A stretch of 64,000 nt of DNA from Dehalococcoidia bacterium (GCA_965222025.1 CBDCTI010000007.1:409882-473881), one strand, 5' to 3'. Shown: positions 1 to 8,289, counted from the first letter of the stretch. Numbers and translations: made by a program. The notes: generated from the sequence alone by a model not told the origin.

Positions 1-793
1 GGGCCTCCCGGAGGGCGTAGGTCATGGAGATAGGGGCGGTGTGATGGTAGCTTCGGCTCTGACCCCAGTAGCTTTCCAAGTCCTGGAGGTTGAAGTAGAA
101 GCTCTGCACCTGGGTTTCCCGGGACTTAACGACCTTCATGGCAGACTCGTTGAGGGTGATTGGCGCCAGGCCCGGAGGGGCGCCGAGGCACTTCTGGGTG
201 CCGCTGTAGCATACGTCGATGCCCCAGTCGTCGACGCGCATGTCATGACCGCCCAGGGAGGTCACGGCGTCGACGATGGCCAGCGCACCGTGGCGATGGA
301 TTACGTCAATGATGTCGGGCAGGGGGGTCAGGACGCCGGTGGAGGTTTCGGCGTGGACCACGCCCACGGCCTTCACACCCGGGTGCTTGCTCAGCTCGTC
401 GTCCAGGGCCTGGGGATCTACCGGTCGGCCCCAGGGGGAGTCGACTTCGTAGACCATGGCGCCACAGCGTTCGGCAATGTTGCCGAGGCGGATGCCGAAG
501 TAGCCGTTGCGGCAGACGACCATGGTGTCGCCGCGCTCGAGGATGTTGGCGCAGGCGGTCTCCATGGCACCGGTGCCGGTGGCGGACATGGGCATGGTCA
601 TCACGTTGGAGGTGTGATAGACCTCGCGCAGCATGTCTCCGATGTCGTTCATTACCTGGAAGAAATCGGGGTCGAGGTGGCCCATCACGGGCAGGGTCAT
701 AGCCTGCAACACGCGGGGATGCACCGAGCTGGGGCCTGGCCCCAGGAGCAGCCGCGCGCTGGGCTGCAATTCGGTATGGTATGAAGCGGTCAC
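1..793 (-). CDS. class V aminotransferase (serine-pyruvate / alanine-glyoxylate aminotransferase-like); 3' end runs off the window
   Basis: I translated the minus strand from GTG 793..791, which has GGAGGG a few nt upstream. It reads VTASYHTELQPSARLLLGPGPSSVHPRVLQAM...MSATGTGAMETA...YSGTQKCLGAPPGLAPI. The gene is absent from the ORF track because no stop lies inside the window. The + ORF 41..784 is its antisense shadow. Confidence 0.8.
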   Translation of the reverse strand, partial: MTASYHTELQPSARLLLGPGPSSVHPRVLQAMTLPVMGHLDPDFFQVMNDIGDMLREVYHTSNVMTMPMSATGTGAMETACANILERGDTMVVCRNGYFGIRLGNIAERCGAMVYEVDSPWGRPVDPQALDDELSKHPGVKAVGVVHAETSTGVLTPLPDIIDVIHRHGALAIVDAVTSLGGHDMRVDDWGIDVCYSGTQKCLGAPPGLAPITLNESAMKVVKSRETQVQSFYFNLQDLESYWGQSRSYHHTAPISMTYALREA

Positions 794-873
794 GCTTGCC
801 CTCCAGAATTCATGCCGCCTTCCTGAAGACGGTCGACGGCAGTAGTTTTTGATCGTAGTGTCGATTGCGAGCC

Positions 874-901
874 GTAGGGGCGCACAGCTGTGCGCCCCTA
901 C
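874..901. terminator. perfect palindromic hairpin GTAGGGGCGCACA-GC-TGTGCGCCCCTAC
   Basis: 13+2+13 nt perfect inverted repeat seen directly. It lies downstream of the minus-strand SDR gene. The same core recurs at 14186 and 43608. Confidence 0.5.
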
Positions 902-987
902 ATTTCAGGTTCAGCCCCTATGAGCCCTCACCCGGACTCTGTCGCAAGAATAATGAGTGGGGTTGCTCACGCACAAGTGCTTCAGGT

Positions 988-1785
988 TTAGACGACGGCG
1001 GACGCTCCTCCGTCCAAGTTGACGGCAATGCCGGTCAGGTAGCTGGCGCGTTCGGAAGCCAGGAATGCGATTACATCGCCGGCTTCCTCGGGCTCGCCGA
1101 CGCGTCCCAGCGGCACCTGCCTACCGGCGGCCAACTGGTCGTAGAAGGTGTCGACGCTCAGGCTGGGATCGGACTGGATGCGGGCGTCGTAGCGTTTCTG
1201 GTGCTGGCCGCTCTTGATCAGCCCGATGCAGACGGTGGAGACCAGGATGTTGTCCTTGGCCAGGTCCTTGGAAAGCCCCTTGGTTATGGCGATGCCGGCG
1301 GCGCGGGAGATTGAGGTGGGCATGGAGGACGGGCCTGGGGTGCGGCCGCCGAGGTTGGTGACGTTGATGATACGGCCACCGCCGACCTTGCGCATCTCAG
1401 GGATGGACTGCTGGATCAGCCGGACAGCGCCCCAGACCTTGAGATCGAAGTCGTACTCCCAGTCCTGCTGCGAGACGTCCTCAAAGGGCTTGGCCATGGA
1501 GGTGCCGGCGTTGTTGACCAGAATGTCGACCCGGCCGAATTTGTTCAGGGTGTTTTCAACGATGCTCTTGGCGGAGCCTGGATCGGTGACGTCGGAGGAG
1601 ATGGACATCACCTGCCCCTCGGTGGCAGCGAGGATTTCCTGCTCGGCTTGGTCCAGGACGTCCTGGCGACGGGCAACGATGACCACCGCGGCGCCTTCCT
1701 GGGCCATGCTGAGAGCTGCGGCTTTGCCGATGCCATCGCTGCCGCCAGTGATGATGGCGACCTTATCCTGAAGTCCCAAGTCCAT
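988..1785 (-). CDS. short-chain dehydrogenase/reductase (SDR) family oxidoreductase
   Basis: ORF track. N-terminal VAIITGGSDGIGKAAA Rossmann motif, an NNAG motif, and typical SDR length of 265 aa. Confidence 0.85.
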   Translation of the reverse strand: MDLGLQDKVAIITGGSDGIGKAAALSMAQEGAAVVIVARRQDVLDQAEQEILAATEGQVMSISSDVTDPGSAKSIVENTLNKFGRVDILVNNAGTSMAKPFEDVSQQDWEYDFDLKVWGAVRLIQQSIPEMRKVGGGRIINVTNLGGRTPGPSSMPTSISRAAGIAITKGLSKDLAKDNILVSTVCIGLIKSGQHQKRYDARIQSDPSLSVDTFYDQLAAGRQVPLGRVGEPEEAGDVIAFLASERASYLTGIAVNLDGGASAVV

Positions 1786-1893
1786 GGCGCGCTCCCTGCC
1801 GGTGTGATTAGAAATAGTGCGGAGAAAATTATATCACAGGGTAAGCGATGTGGCCGATGCAGAGATGCCCGGCCCACGGGGCCCCAAGGGAGT

Positions 1894-2145
1894 GTCTGAA
1901 CTGTAATTTGTTTGGTTAGGGGTGGGCATGATTTTGGGTTGTTGGCTGGTCGTGGCGGGTGGCGGGGTGTTGGGGGTGGAGTTTTGTGGGGAGACGGGAG
2001 TTTTGCCGGGGGTGACATTGTCTGAACTGTGATTTGTTTGATTAGGGGATGGATATGATTTGGGGTCGTTGGCTGGTGGTGGCGGCTTGCAGGGGTTGGG
2101 CGTGCAGTTCTTGAGAGATACGGGGGTTCGGATTCGTGCTTTCGT
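1894..2145. repeat. imperfect tandem duplication, about 126-bp unit, G/T-rich on the + strand
   Basis: GTCTGAACTGTAATTTGTTTGGTTAGGGGTGGGCATGATTTTGGG... at 1894 recurs as GTCTGAACTGTGATTTGTTTGATTAGGGGATGGATATGATTTGGGG... at 2020. It is intergenic, between two minus-strand genes. Confidence 0.7.
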
Positions 2146-2168
2146 GGGAGGGACGGGGGTGCAGGGGG

Positions 2169-3140
2169 TTAGGTTAGCCAGGCATTCAGGGCTTCGCTGC
2201 CCGCGTGCTGTTGCAGGAGGGTGGCGTAGTGTCGGGTCTTGTGGAGGCTGTAGGGCGTGGACGCGTCGATGAGATGGTCGAGGGCGTCGGCGGTCTCGAT
2301 GGTGGAGGAGAAGACCTGAAGCAGGGGAATGTCGCGCTCCAAGGCTTCGGCTTTAATGTACTCTGTGGGCTCGCCGGGGCCGGTAAGCACCAGGCAGCGG
2401 GTCTGGGGGAGCATGCTGGCCAGCTGGATGTCGGGGCGCTGGGTTCGGGTGATGACGGCCTGGTTGGAGTAGCGTCCGTAGTAGGTTGGGCCGTGGTCCA
2501 TGATGTTGCCGCCGATGAGGAAACGTTCGACGGGTGCGTCGGCATTGACCGGCTCGAGGGTCCAGACGGCGTCCAGGTGGTCGGCGATCTGGGATACCGT
2601 TGTGGCCAGCATAATGCGGCTCTCGGGGATGATGACGGCGTCGACGTCGGCTGACGACTCGGCGGCGGATGCGGCTACGGCTTCCTGCCTGTAGGGAGGC
2701 ACGGCGTTGATCACCAAACATGCAAGGCGGTTGCCCCAGCGGCCGGCGGCGTGGTCGGCTGCCGCGGCCCAGTCGCGGTCGGGAGTGTAGGAGACGATCT
2801 CCAGCACGCGGGCTGCAGTCTCTTCGGCCAAGTCGGCACCGAGAGGGCTGTTGGGGATCTCGACGATTACCGTTCCGGACTGGTCTCGCAGCAAGGAGAC
2901 GTCCGCGGCGGCGTCCTCCACATCGCTGGTCATCGGGCCCGGCGCGGGGCCAACGGTGATCCCGAGGGCGTCGGCGAGGACTCGAGAGGCGAAGGCGTGG
3001 TCATCGTCGGAATCGGCAGACCGTGAAAACGGTTTGGAGTAGGCAGCGGGTAAGCCAGCGTCGCGCAGGTGGGCCAAGAGGCCCGCAGCGAGGCTGGTCT
3101 TGCCGGAGCTGGCGGTGCCGGTTATGAGGATGGCGGGCAT
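2169..3140 (-). CDS. BioD-like P-loop plus DRTGG domain protein (phosphotransacetylase N-terminal-domain-like)
   Basis: ORF track. N-terminus MPAILITGTASSGKTSLAAGL (P-loop). The C-terminal CLVLTGPGEPTEYIKAEALERDIPLLQV resembles a DRTGG domain. Confidence 0.6.
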   Translation of the reverse strand: MPAILITGTASSGKTSLAAGLLAHLRDAGLPAAYSKPFSRSADSDDDHAFASRVLADALGITVGPAPGPMTSDVEDAAADVSLLRDQSGTVIVEIPNSPLGADLAEETAARVLEIVSYTPDRDWAAAADHAAGRWGNRLACLVINAVPPYRQEAVAASAAESSADVDAVIIPESRIMLATTVSQIADHLDAVWTLEPVNADAPVERFLIGGNIMDHGPTYYGRYSNQAVITRTQRPDIQLASMLPQTRCLVLTGPGEPTEYIKAEALERDIPLLQVFSSTIETADALDHLIDASTPYSLHKTRHYATLLQQHAGSEALNAWLT

Positions 3141-3167
3141 GGTGCCTGGGTTCGCCTGCGCCCCGAC

Positions 3168-3869
3168 CTAGACGCCGACGTCGAGGAATTCAATGTTGTA
3201 GGGGTCGAATCCCTTGGGGAAAGTGGTGGTGTTGTCCCACTTTGCGAGGGTGAAGTCGGCGCGGTGGAGGCTGGCCTGATCGAAGTTTGCGCCGGTCATG
3301 TTGGCGGCGATCCACATGGAGTCGCGGATCATGGCGCGGGTGAAGTCGGCGCCGGCCATGCTGCAACGAGAGAGATCGGCGCCGTTCATGTTGGTGGAGA
3401 CGAATACGGCGCCGGTGAGGTCGGCGTTGCGCAGGTCGGCCTCAATCATGTTGGACTGGCTGAAGTCGGTACCCTGCAGATTGCAGCCGATGAGGGAGAT
3501 GCGGTTCATGCGGCAGTGGCGCACGACTGCTCCCGACAGGTTCGCGCTCTTCAGGTCGGCCCAGAAGAGGTTGACGCTGGTCAGGTTGGCTCTTGAGAGG
3601 TCGGCACCGGACAGCGAGGCGCGTCCCAAGTCTGCCCTTTCCAGATTGGCACCGGAAAGGTTGGCAGCGGGGATTCCGATCTGGGTAAGGCGGGCATCAG
3701 CCAGGTTGGCACCGGAGAGGTTGACTTTTTCCAGCCTGACTCGCGCCAAGTCGATACCGGTCAGAACGGCTTCGCTGAGGTCCAGTTCCGTCTCGGGGTT
3801 GTCGGCCCGCCACCGGGCGACGGCATCCGAGCCGGCGCTCACGAGGGCCACATGCTCCGGGTTAGCCAT
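3168..3869 (-). CDS. pentapeptide-repeat protein
   Basis: Tail of ORF 3168..4148, starting at the internal ATG 3869..3867 (MANPEHVALVSAG...). Long run of A(D/N)LxG-type pentapeptides (NLSGANLADARL, ANLSGANLERADLGRASLSGADLSRANL...). The Arg-rich 93-aa extension in the track overlaps the selenoprotein gene and was rejected. Confidence 0.8.
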   Translation of the reverse strand: MANPEHVALVSAGSDAVARWRADNPETELDLSEAVLTGIDLARVRLEKVNLSGANLADARLTQIGIPAANLSGANLERADLGRASLSGADLSRANLTSVNLFWADLKSANLSGAVVRHCRMNRISLIGCNLQGTDFSQSNMIEADLRNADLTGAVFVSTNMNGADLSRCSMAGADFTRAMIRDSMWIAANMTGANFDQASLHRADFTLAKWDNTTTFPKGFDPYNIEFLDVGV

Positions 3870-3916
3870 GGCTCCCACCCTCGCCCACTGGTTTTTGTAC
3901 CCTTGAGGCGGCGGGG

Positions 3917-4201
3917 CTAGGCATCTTCGAGGTCGAAGAGCTTTTCGGCGATGGTCATCTTGAGCTCGTTGACTTTGCCGAGGTCGGGGAAGCCACCGTC
4001 CGTCTTTCGGTCGAAGATTACGTCGCCGTCGAGGTACACCTCGAGACGGCCCCTGTCGGAGGGAGTCATCTTGATGGCGACATCGCCGGGTGCGTCGGAC
4101 TTGAAGAACTCCGTCGCCAGCCACGTGGCGACCGGGAAGTAGCCTCAAGCCACACAGTAGACAATTTCAGCTTCGACCTTGCCGTGTTCGGAACCTGGCA
4201 T
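3917..4201 (-). CDS. SelW/Rdx-family selenoprotein (CxxU), in-frame TGA at 4147..4145 read as selenocysteine
   Basis: I translated MPGSEHGKVEAEIVYCVA-U-GYFPVATWLATEFFKSDAPGDVAIKMTPSDRGRLEVYLDGDVIFDRKTDGGFPDLGKVNELKMTIAEKLFDLEDA. The YCxxU motif and the G.LEV..DG.VIF.RK..GGFP core are typical of Rdx/SelW proteins. The frame stays open for 75 codons beyond the TGA, and a hairpin lies 12 nt downstream of it. Confidence 0.75.
4113..4132 (-). promoter_or_regulatory. candidate bacterial SECIS hairpin
   Basis: mRNA GUCGCCA-CGUGGC-UGGCGAC: a 7-bp perfect stem with a 6-nt loop. It starts 12 nt 3' of the in-frame UGA. Confidence 0.55.
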
Positions 4202-4245
4202 GTTTCTCTTCTCTACTTTTCGTGTGGTGGTAGCAATGTGCGGTA

Positions 4246-4635
4246 CTAAGCCGCTGAGGCCAGATTCCTGGCCTCCTGAATGTAGGAATCAGTGTCCCGA
4301 ATGAGTGCTGTCATTTCCTCTTCAGGTTCGCAGTTGCCGTCGTAGAAGCAATTGATGTGCAGCAACGCTGCCCTGGTGTGGTACTGGCCCTGAAAAGCCT
4401 CGAATGCGGATCCGTTATTACTCATTCGGAACAGGGCGCGGCGCGCGGCTCCTGCGGATTGCGGCTCGTTTTCAGTTCGTGCCAAGACCATGGCATCGGT
4501 GGAGCGCTTGGTTGCGCCCCAGGCTTTTTCGGCGGCGTTGCGGAGCTTGCCGTGGTCGAGCATTTCCAGCGCGTCGACATACAGAAACTGCGCGTCTGCG
4601 AAGAGTTCGCTCACCCGGTCGGTGGTAGTTGCCAT
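4246..4635 (-). CDS. PaREP1-like HEPN-superfamily protein (putative RNase), paralogue 1
   Basis: ORF track. AAEKAWGATKRSTDAM helix and a C-terminal RAALLH (R-x4-H) motif. Clear paralogue of 34262..34657. Confidence 0.6.
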   Translation of the reverse strand: MATTTDRVSELFADAQFLYVDALEMLDHGKLRNAAEKAWGATKRSTDAMVLARTENEPQSAGAARRALFRMSNNGSAFEAFQGQYHTRAALLHINCFYDGNCEPEEEMTALIRDTDSYIQEARNLASAA

Positions 4636-4683
4636 CTAATGGTCCAAATATCTTCTCTAAATATCTTGCTGGATGGGGAGTAG

Positions 4684-5106
4684 CTACCCGATTACGGCGG
4701 TGCCGATGCCTATGGCGGTGCGGTCGCCATCCTGGTTTTCGCAGAACAGGTTGACGGTGACGTGGGTGCCGTCGTCGGCCTGTTGCTGTCCCGACACCTC
4801 GCCGGTCACGGTGATGGTGTCGCCACCCTTGACGGGGCGCAGGAACTTCAGGTTGACGGTGCCGGTGTGGTTGAAGACCTCGGGGCCGAAGAACCGGCGC
4901 AGGCTCTCGGCGGCGAATGCCACGGACATACGGCCCGAGGCAATCGGGTAGGTGGTGCCAAGGCGCTGCTGGGCCAGCTCGGGGTCGTTGTGGATGTTCT
5001 GTCGGTCGAGGATGCCGCAGTTCTCAAACTGGTTGATGGTGTCCTGGGTCACGGCCTTGGTGACCGAGGGTATCTGCTGGCCGGGTGCTATGTCTGCGGA
5101 TGCCAT
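4684..5106 (-). CDS. MaoC-like (R)-hydratase hotdog-fold protein
   Basis: ORF track. NIHNDPELAQ hydratase-type motif, 140-aa hotdog size, paired with an upstream hotdog gene. Confidence 0.75.
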   Translation of the reverse strand: MASADIAPGQQIPSVTKAVTQDTINQFENCGILDRQNIHNDPELAQQRLGTTYPIASGRMSVAFAAESLRRFFGPEVFNHTGTVNLKFLRPVKGGDTITVTGEVSGQQQADDGTHVTVNLFCENQDGDRTAIGIGTAVIG

Positions 5107-5513
5107 TTCTTGCCCACCTCGTCCGGCTTTTTCATCTGGTAGGTGCGTAGCTTCTCGAGGAGCCGGCCGTCCTCGTCGACGGCGGTTGCCTCGATGACCA
5201 TGTAGGGCTTGTCGCGGCGGAGGTACTTGTCGGCAATGCGGCCGGTGACGCGGACCTTCTTGCCCGGGATGGGCGGGTTGAAGAACTCGACCTCGTTGCC
5301 TGCGTTGACACCGCCTGTGTTGTCCTCGTAGACCATGGCGAAGGCGGTGGCGTCGTGCTTCACAGCCAAGGTGGGGAAGACGGCGTCCGAGTCGCTGATG
5401 GAGGCGCGGAAGTTATCCAGCATCTCCTGGGTCAAGGTGTACTCGTAGGAGCCGAGTTCCTCGCCGATTTCGATCTTGTCGTAGTCGAAAAGCTTCACTT
5501 CTTGATCGGGCAT
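5088..5513 (-). CDS. MaoC N-terminal-type hotdog-fold dehydratase subunit
   Basis: Tail of ORF 5088..5591 from ATG 5513..5511 (MPDQEVKLFDYDKIEIGEELG...). It overlaps the downstream MaoC gene by 19 nt, which suggests a heterodimeric hydratase pair. Confidence 0.65.
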   Translation of the reverse strand: MPDQEVKLFDYDKIEIGEELGSYEYTLTQEMLDNFRASISDSDAVFPTLAVKHDATAFAMVYEDNTGGVNAGNEVEFFNPPIPGKKVRVTGRIADKYLRRDKPYMVIEATAVDEDGRLLEKLRTYQMKKPDEVGKKWHPQT

Positions 5514-5714
5514 AAGCCGCTCCCCGGCTGAAGGCCGACGGTGTCTGTATATAGTTGCGTATACGATACTTACTTTGCCCATGCCAGTCAACGACGGGTA
5601 CGAGGCCGCCAGCCAAGAAAGGTCGCGATGCTATAATTTGTGTTGAGTGATAATCGAAATTACGGATTGTATACGGGTTTGTAAACGAGGCGGACTAACG
5701 CCTACAGGCGGTGA

Positions 5715-6518
5715 TTGCAGGAAATGGACCTTTACTTCGACCGAGGCGACCGAGGCAACCCGGTTGGGCACGCGCTGCTGTACTTCAGAGTGGATACCGA
5801 GCCGGACAAGGTCTACGCCAGTTATGTTGTGACATTGCCGATCAAGTCGGACCTGACGAAGTTCCTGCCGCCGTTTCTCGCGTCGCACCTTGGGGCGCTG
5901 CCGCTGAACGACCTGTCGTCCTTCGCCATGCCGCCAGTTCCGGAGCCAGTGGACGGGCTGGGCGAGCTGGAGAAGCTGAGCCGGCAGAGGGGCGACGACC
6001 TGGTGTACGCGGGCAGCATGTTCTCCTATGACCTGCCGCGGATGATGGAATCGGTGACGGAGGCGGTGTCGGGCTACGCTGAGCTGTACGCCGCCTCGGG
6101 CAAGGGGGCGACGGTGGCAGGAGGGGCTGCCATCGTGGAAGGGGAGAGCCTGCCTTCGGCCGACGAGCCGGAGGATGACCTGGACTCGTCTTTCAACGTC
6201 AACGACGTGCTATTCAGCTTCATGAGCGAGAGCGACAAGCTGGGCGAGCTTTCGCGGCTGCTGGGACGCTTGCGCTTCGCCGTCGAGGGAGCGGACCGGG
6301 CAGCTGCCGACGAAGTGGGAGAGGAGATCAGCGCGCTGGCCCGCCACCTGCCCGTGGAGTTCCAGGTGGCGAACCTGCTGGCGGTTGCCCGGGACACGTC
6401 GGAGCGAAGCTCGGAACTGGCGAAGCTTTACCTGGACCGATGCTTCCGGCTGTCGGCGGGAGAGACCAGGCAGGCCGCGGAGCTGGAGGCGGAGATCCGG
6501 CGCCTGCAGGGGGAGTAG
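5715..6518 (+). CDS. hypothetical protein with an acidic C-terminal half
   Basis: ORF track only; no motif recognised. TTG start at 5715, alternative ATG at 5724 (MDLYFDRGDRGNPVGHALLYF...). Confidence 0.45.
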   Translation: MQEMDLYFDRGDRGNPVGHALLYFRVDTEPDKVYASYVVTLPIKSDLTKFLPPFLASHLGALPLNDLSSFAMPPVPEPVDGLGELEKLSRQRGDDLVYAGSMFSYDLPRMMESVTEAVSGYAELYAASGKGATVAGGAAIVEGESLPSADEPEDDLDSSFNVNDVLFSFMSESDKLGELSRLLGRLRFAVEGADRAAADEVGEEISALARHLPVEFQVANLLAVARDTSERSSELAKLYLDRCFRLSAGETRQAAELEAEIRRLQGE

Positions 6519-6567
6519 GGGAAGGGATGCCCACGGAAAATCGTGTGGCTGGAAACCTGGAAACCCG

Positions 6568-7047
6568 ATGATTCTATTGGACATACCCCAAGGCGCAATC
6601 ACAATTGCGTCGGCTATTCTGGTGGCCTTCACCGGGGCCATATTGACGTTGGGCATCTGGGTGTTTCGCCTTCTTTACGCCATTCAAGGGAGGGTGACAG
6701 CGCTGGAGACCAAACTGGAACCTCTCGAAATAGAACGAGTTGCTTCTACTAATGCCAGGGTGGATATAATCTGGGACGAGTTCAAGAACCAAGGAATACC
6801 AAATTTGCGAAGAGGGGCAGACCCGCCCGGGAATCCGATGCTACAAGAACGTTGGGACGAACTTCTAACGAAGCTGGAACACGACGAGCTGCCAGACGAT
6901 GAGGCTGAAGAGCTGCTCGCGGCGCTCTTGAAACGTCGCGAGCAGGCAAGGGAAGAAGATGACGTAGTAACAAATATGCTTCTCGGACCGGGCATCGTCT
7001 TGACGAAGTGGCGGTTGAAGGAAAAGGAACTCCGGGAACAGAAGTAG
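6568..7047 (+). CDS. hypothetical membrane-anchored coiled-coil protein
   Basis: Internal ATG of ORF 6385..7047. It reads MILLDIPQGAITIASAILVAFTGAILTLGIWVF (one TM helix) followed by a charged helical region. Visibly AT-richer than its neighbours. Its stop abuts the recF start. Confidence 0.45.
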   Translation: MILLDIPQGAITIASAILVAFTGAILTLGIWVFRLLYAIQGRVTALETKLEPLEIERVASTNARVDIIWDEFKNQGIPNLRRGADPPGNPMLQERWDELLTKLEHDELPDDEAEELLAALLKRREQAREEDDVVTNMLLGPGIVLTKWRLKEKELREQK

Positions 7048-8289
7048 GTGCGTCTTTCCGGGCTGCGGCTGAGCAATTTTCGGAACCTGGTTGAAGTGGA
7101 CCTTGAGATACCGATGGGAGTGTCGGTCTACTTCGGTGAGAATGCGCAGGGAAAGACGGCGCTGGTAGAAGCGGTGTACATTCTGTCTATCGCGCGGTCA
7201 TTTCGAGCCGAAAACGAACGGGAGCTGGTCAACTTCGCGGAAGCGCACGACGGTGGGCTGGCGCTGGTGGAGGGGCTCCTTGAAGATGACGAAGATCCGT
7301 CCTCCCGCCAGCGGATCATCGTTGGCTACAAGGTCTCCGAGTCGGAGGCCGCGGGTGGGCCGGGTTACCGGGTCAGCAAGGAGATTCGGGTCAACCGGAT
7401 TAGGCGCACCGCCGGGGGATTGGTTGGGGTGGTGCATGCGGTGCTGTTCAGCGCCCTGGACATCGAGCTTATCCAGGGGCCGCCATCGGGTCGCCGCAGA
7501 TTTCTCGACATCCTGCTGTCGCAGGCAGACCCGCAATACCTAAAGTCGCTGCAGCGTTACCAGCAGGTGCTGAGGCAGCGCAACCGTTTGCTCCGGTTGC
7601 GGCGCGAGGGGCGGGCCGCGCCCGACGAGATGCAGTTCTGGGACGATGAGCTGGTCAATGAAGGCGCGTGGCTCACCTGGCGGCGCCACGAGGTGATGGA
7701 ACTGCTACAGACGGCCTGCGCCGAGCAACACCGTGACCTGAGCAGTCCGGGCGAGGAGCTGGAGCTGTGGTACCGCTCAAGCGTTCCTCTGACGTCGGAC
7801 TCTGAAGGCATGATTGTCAGCTACCACGAGGCGCTGCAGGCTTCCGCGTCCCGCGAACGGGCCACTGCGGCCACCGCTGTCGGACCGCATCGGGATGATT
7901 TTGAAATTGTCGTCAACGGGTTGGACATGGGGGCGTTCGCTTCCCGGGGTCAGGCGAGGACGCTGGCGTTGTCGCTCCGGCTAGCTGAAGCGGAGACGCT
8001 GTCGGCGGTACGCGGGACGAAGCCGCTACTGCTCCTGGACGACGCGCTGTCGGAGATGGACGCTTCCAGGCGGTTCCGAGTGCTGGAGAAGGCGTCCCAA
8101 TATCCGCAGGTGCTGATCACCACCACCGACCCTGAGCAGGTCTCCGGGTTCTTTGGAGCAGGGGCGACGTATTTCAGGGTTGACGGCGGGCAGGTTACGC
8201 CACTGGAAGGAAATTTGAGTGCTGGCAGGCCCAATTTCAGGGGAACTGCTACCGTAGATAGCCCGGAACCAGCTGAAGGTCAAGGTTAA
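7048..8289 (+). CDS. recF: DNA replication and repair protein RecF
   Basis: ORF track. MRLSGLRLSNFRNL...FGENAQGKTALVEAV (Walker A) and a C-terminal LLLDDALSEMD signature. Confidence 0.9.
   Translation: MRLSGLRLSNFRNLVEVDLEIPMGVSVYFGENAQGKTALVEAVYILSIARSFRAENERELVNFAEAHDGGLALVEGLLEDDEDPSSRQRIIVGYKVSESEAAGGPGYRVSKEIRVNRIRRTAGGLVGVVHAVLFSALDIELIQGPPSGRRRFLDILLSQADPQYLKSLQRYQQVLRQRNRLLRLRREGRAAPDEMQFWDDELVNEGAWLTWRRHEVMELLQTACAEQHRDLSSPGEELELWYRSSVPLTSDSEGMIVSYHEALQASASRERATAATAVGPHRDDFEIVVNGLDMGAFASRGQARTLALSLRLAEAETLSAVRGTKPLLLLDDALSEMDASRRFRVLEKASQYPQVLITTTDPEQVSGFFGAGATYFRVDGGQVTPLEGNLSAGRPNFRGTATVDSPEPAEGQG

Noticed and set aside
41-784. 247-aa + strand ORF at the window start
   Set aside because: It is the antisense shadow of the minus-strand class V aminotransferase, whose translation shows clear family motifs. 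The + ORF is Gly/Ala/His/Val-rich with no motif.
1608-2018. Proline-rich 136-aa minus-strand ORF across the 126-bp repeat
   Set aside because: It is a low-complexity translation of the C/A-rich strand of a tandem repeat and overlaps the SDR N-terminus. It is not credible as a gene.
3870-4148. N-terminal 93-aa extension of the pentapeptide ORF (track ORF 3168..4148)
   Set aside because: It is Arg-rich low-complexity sequence that overlaps the SelW-like gene in another frame. The internal ATG 3869 gives a normal pentapeptide-repeat protein.
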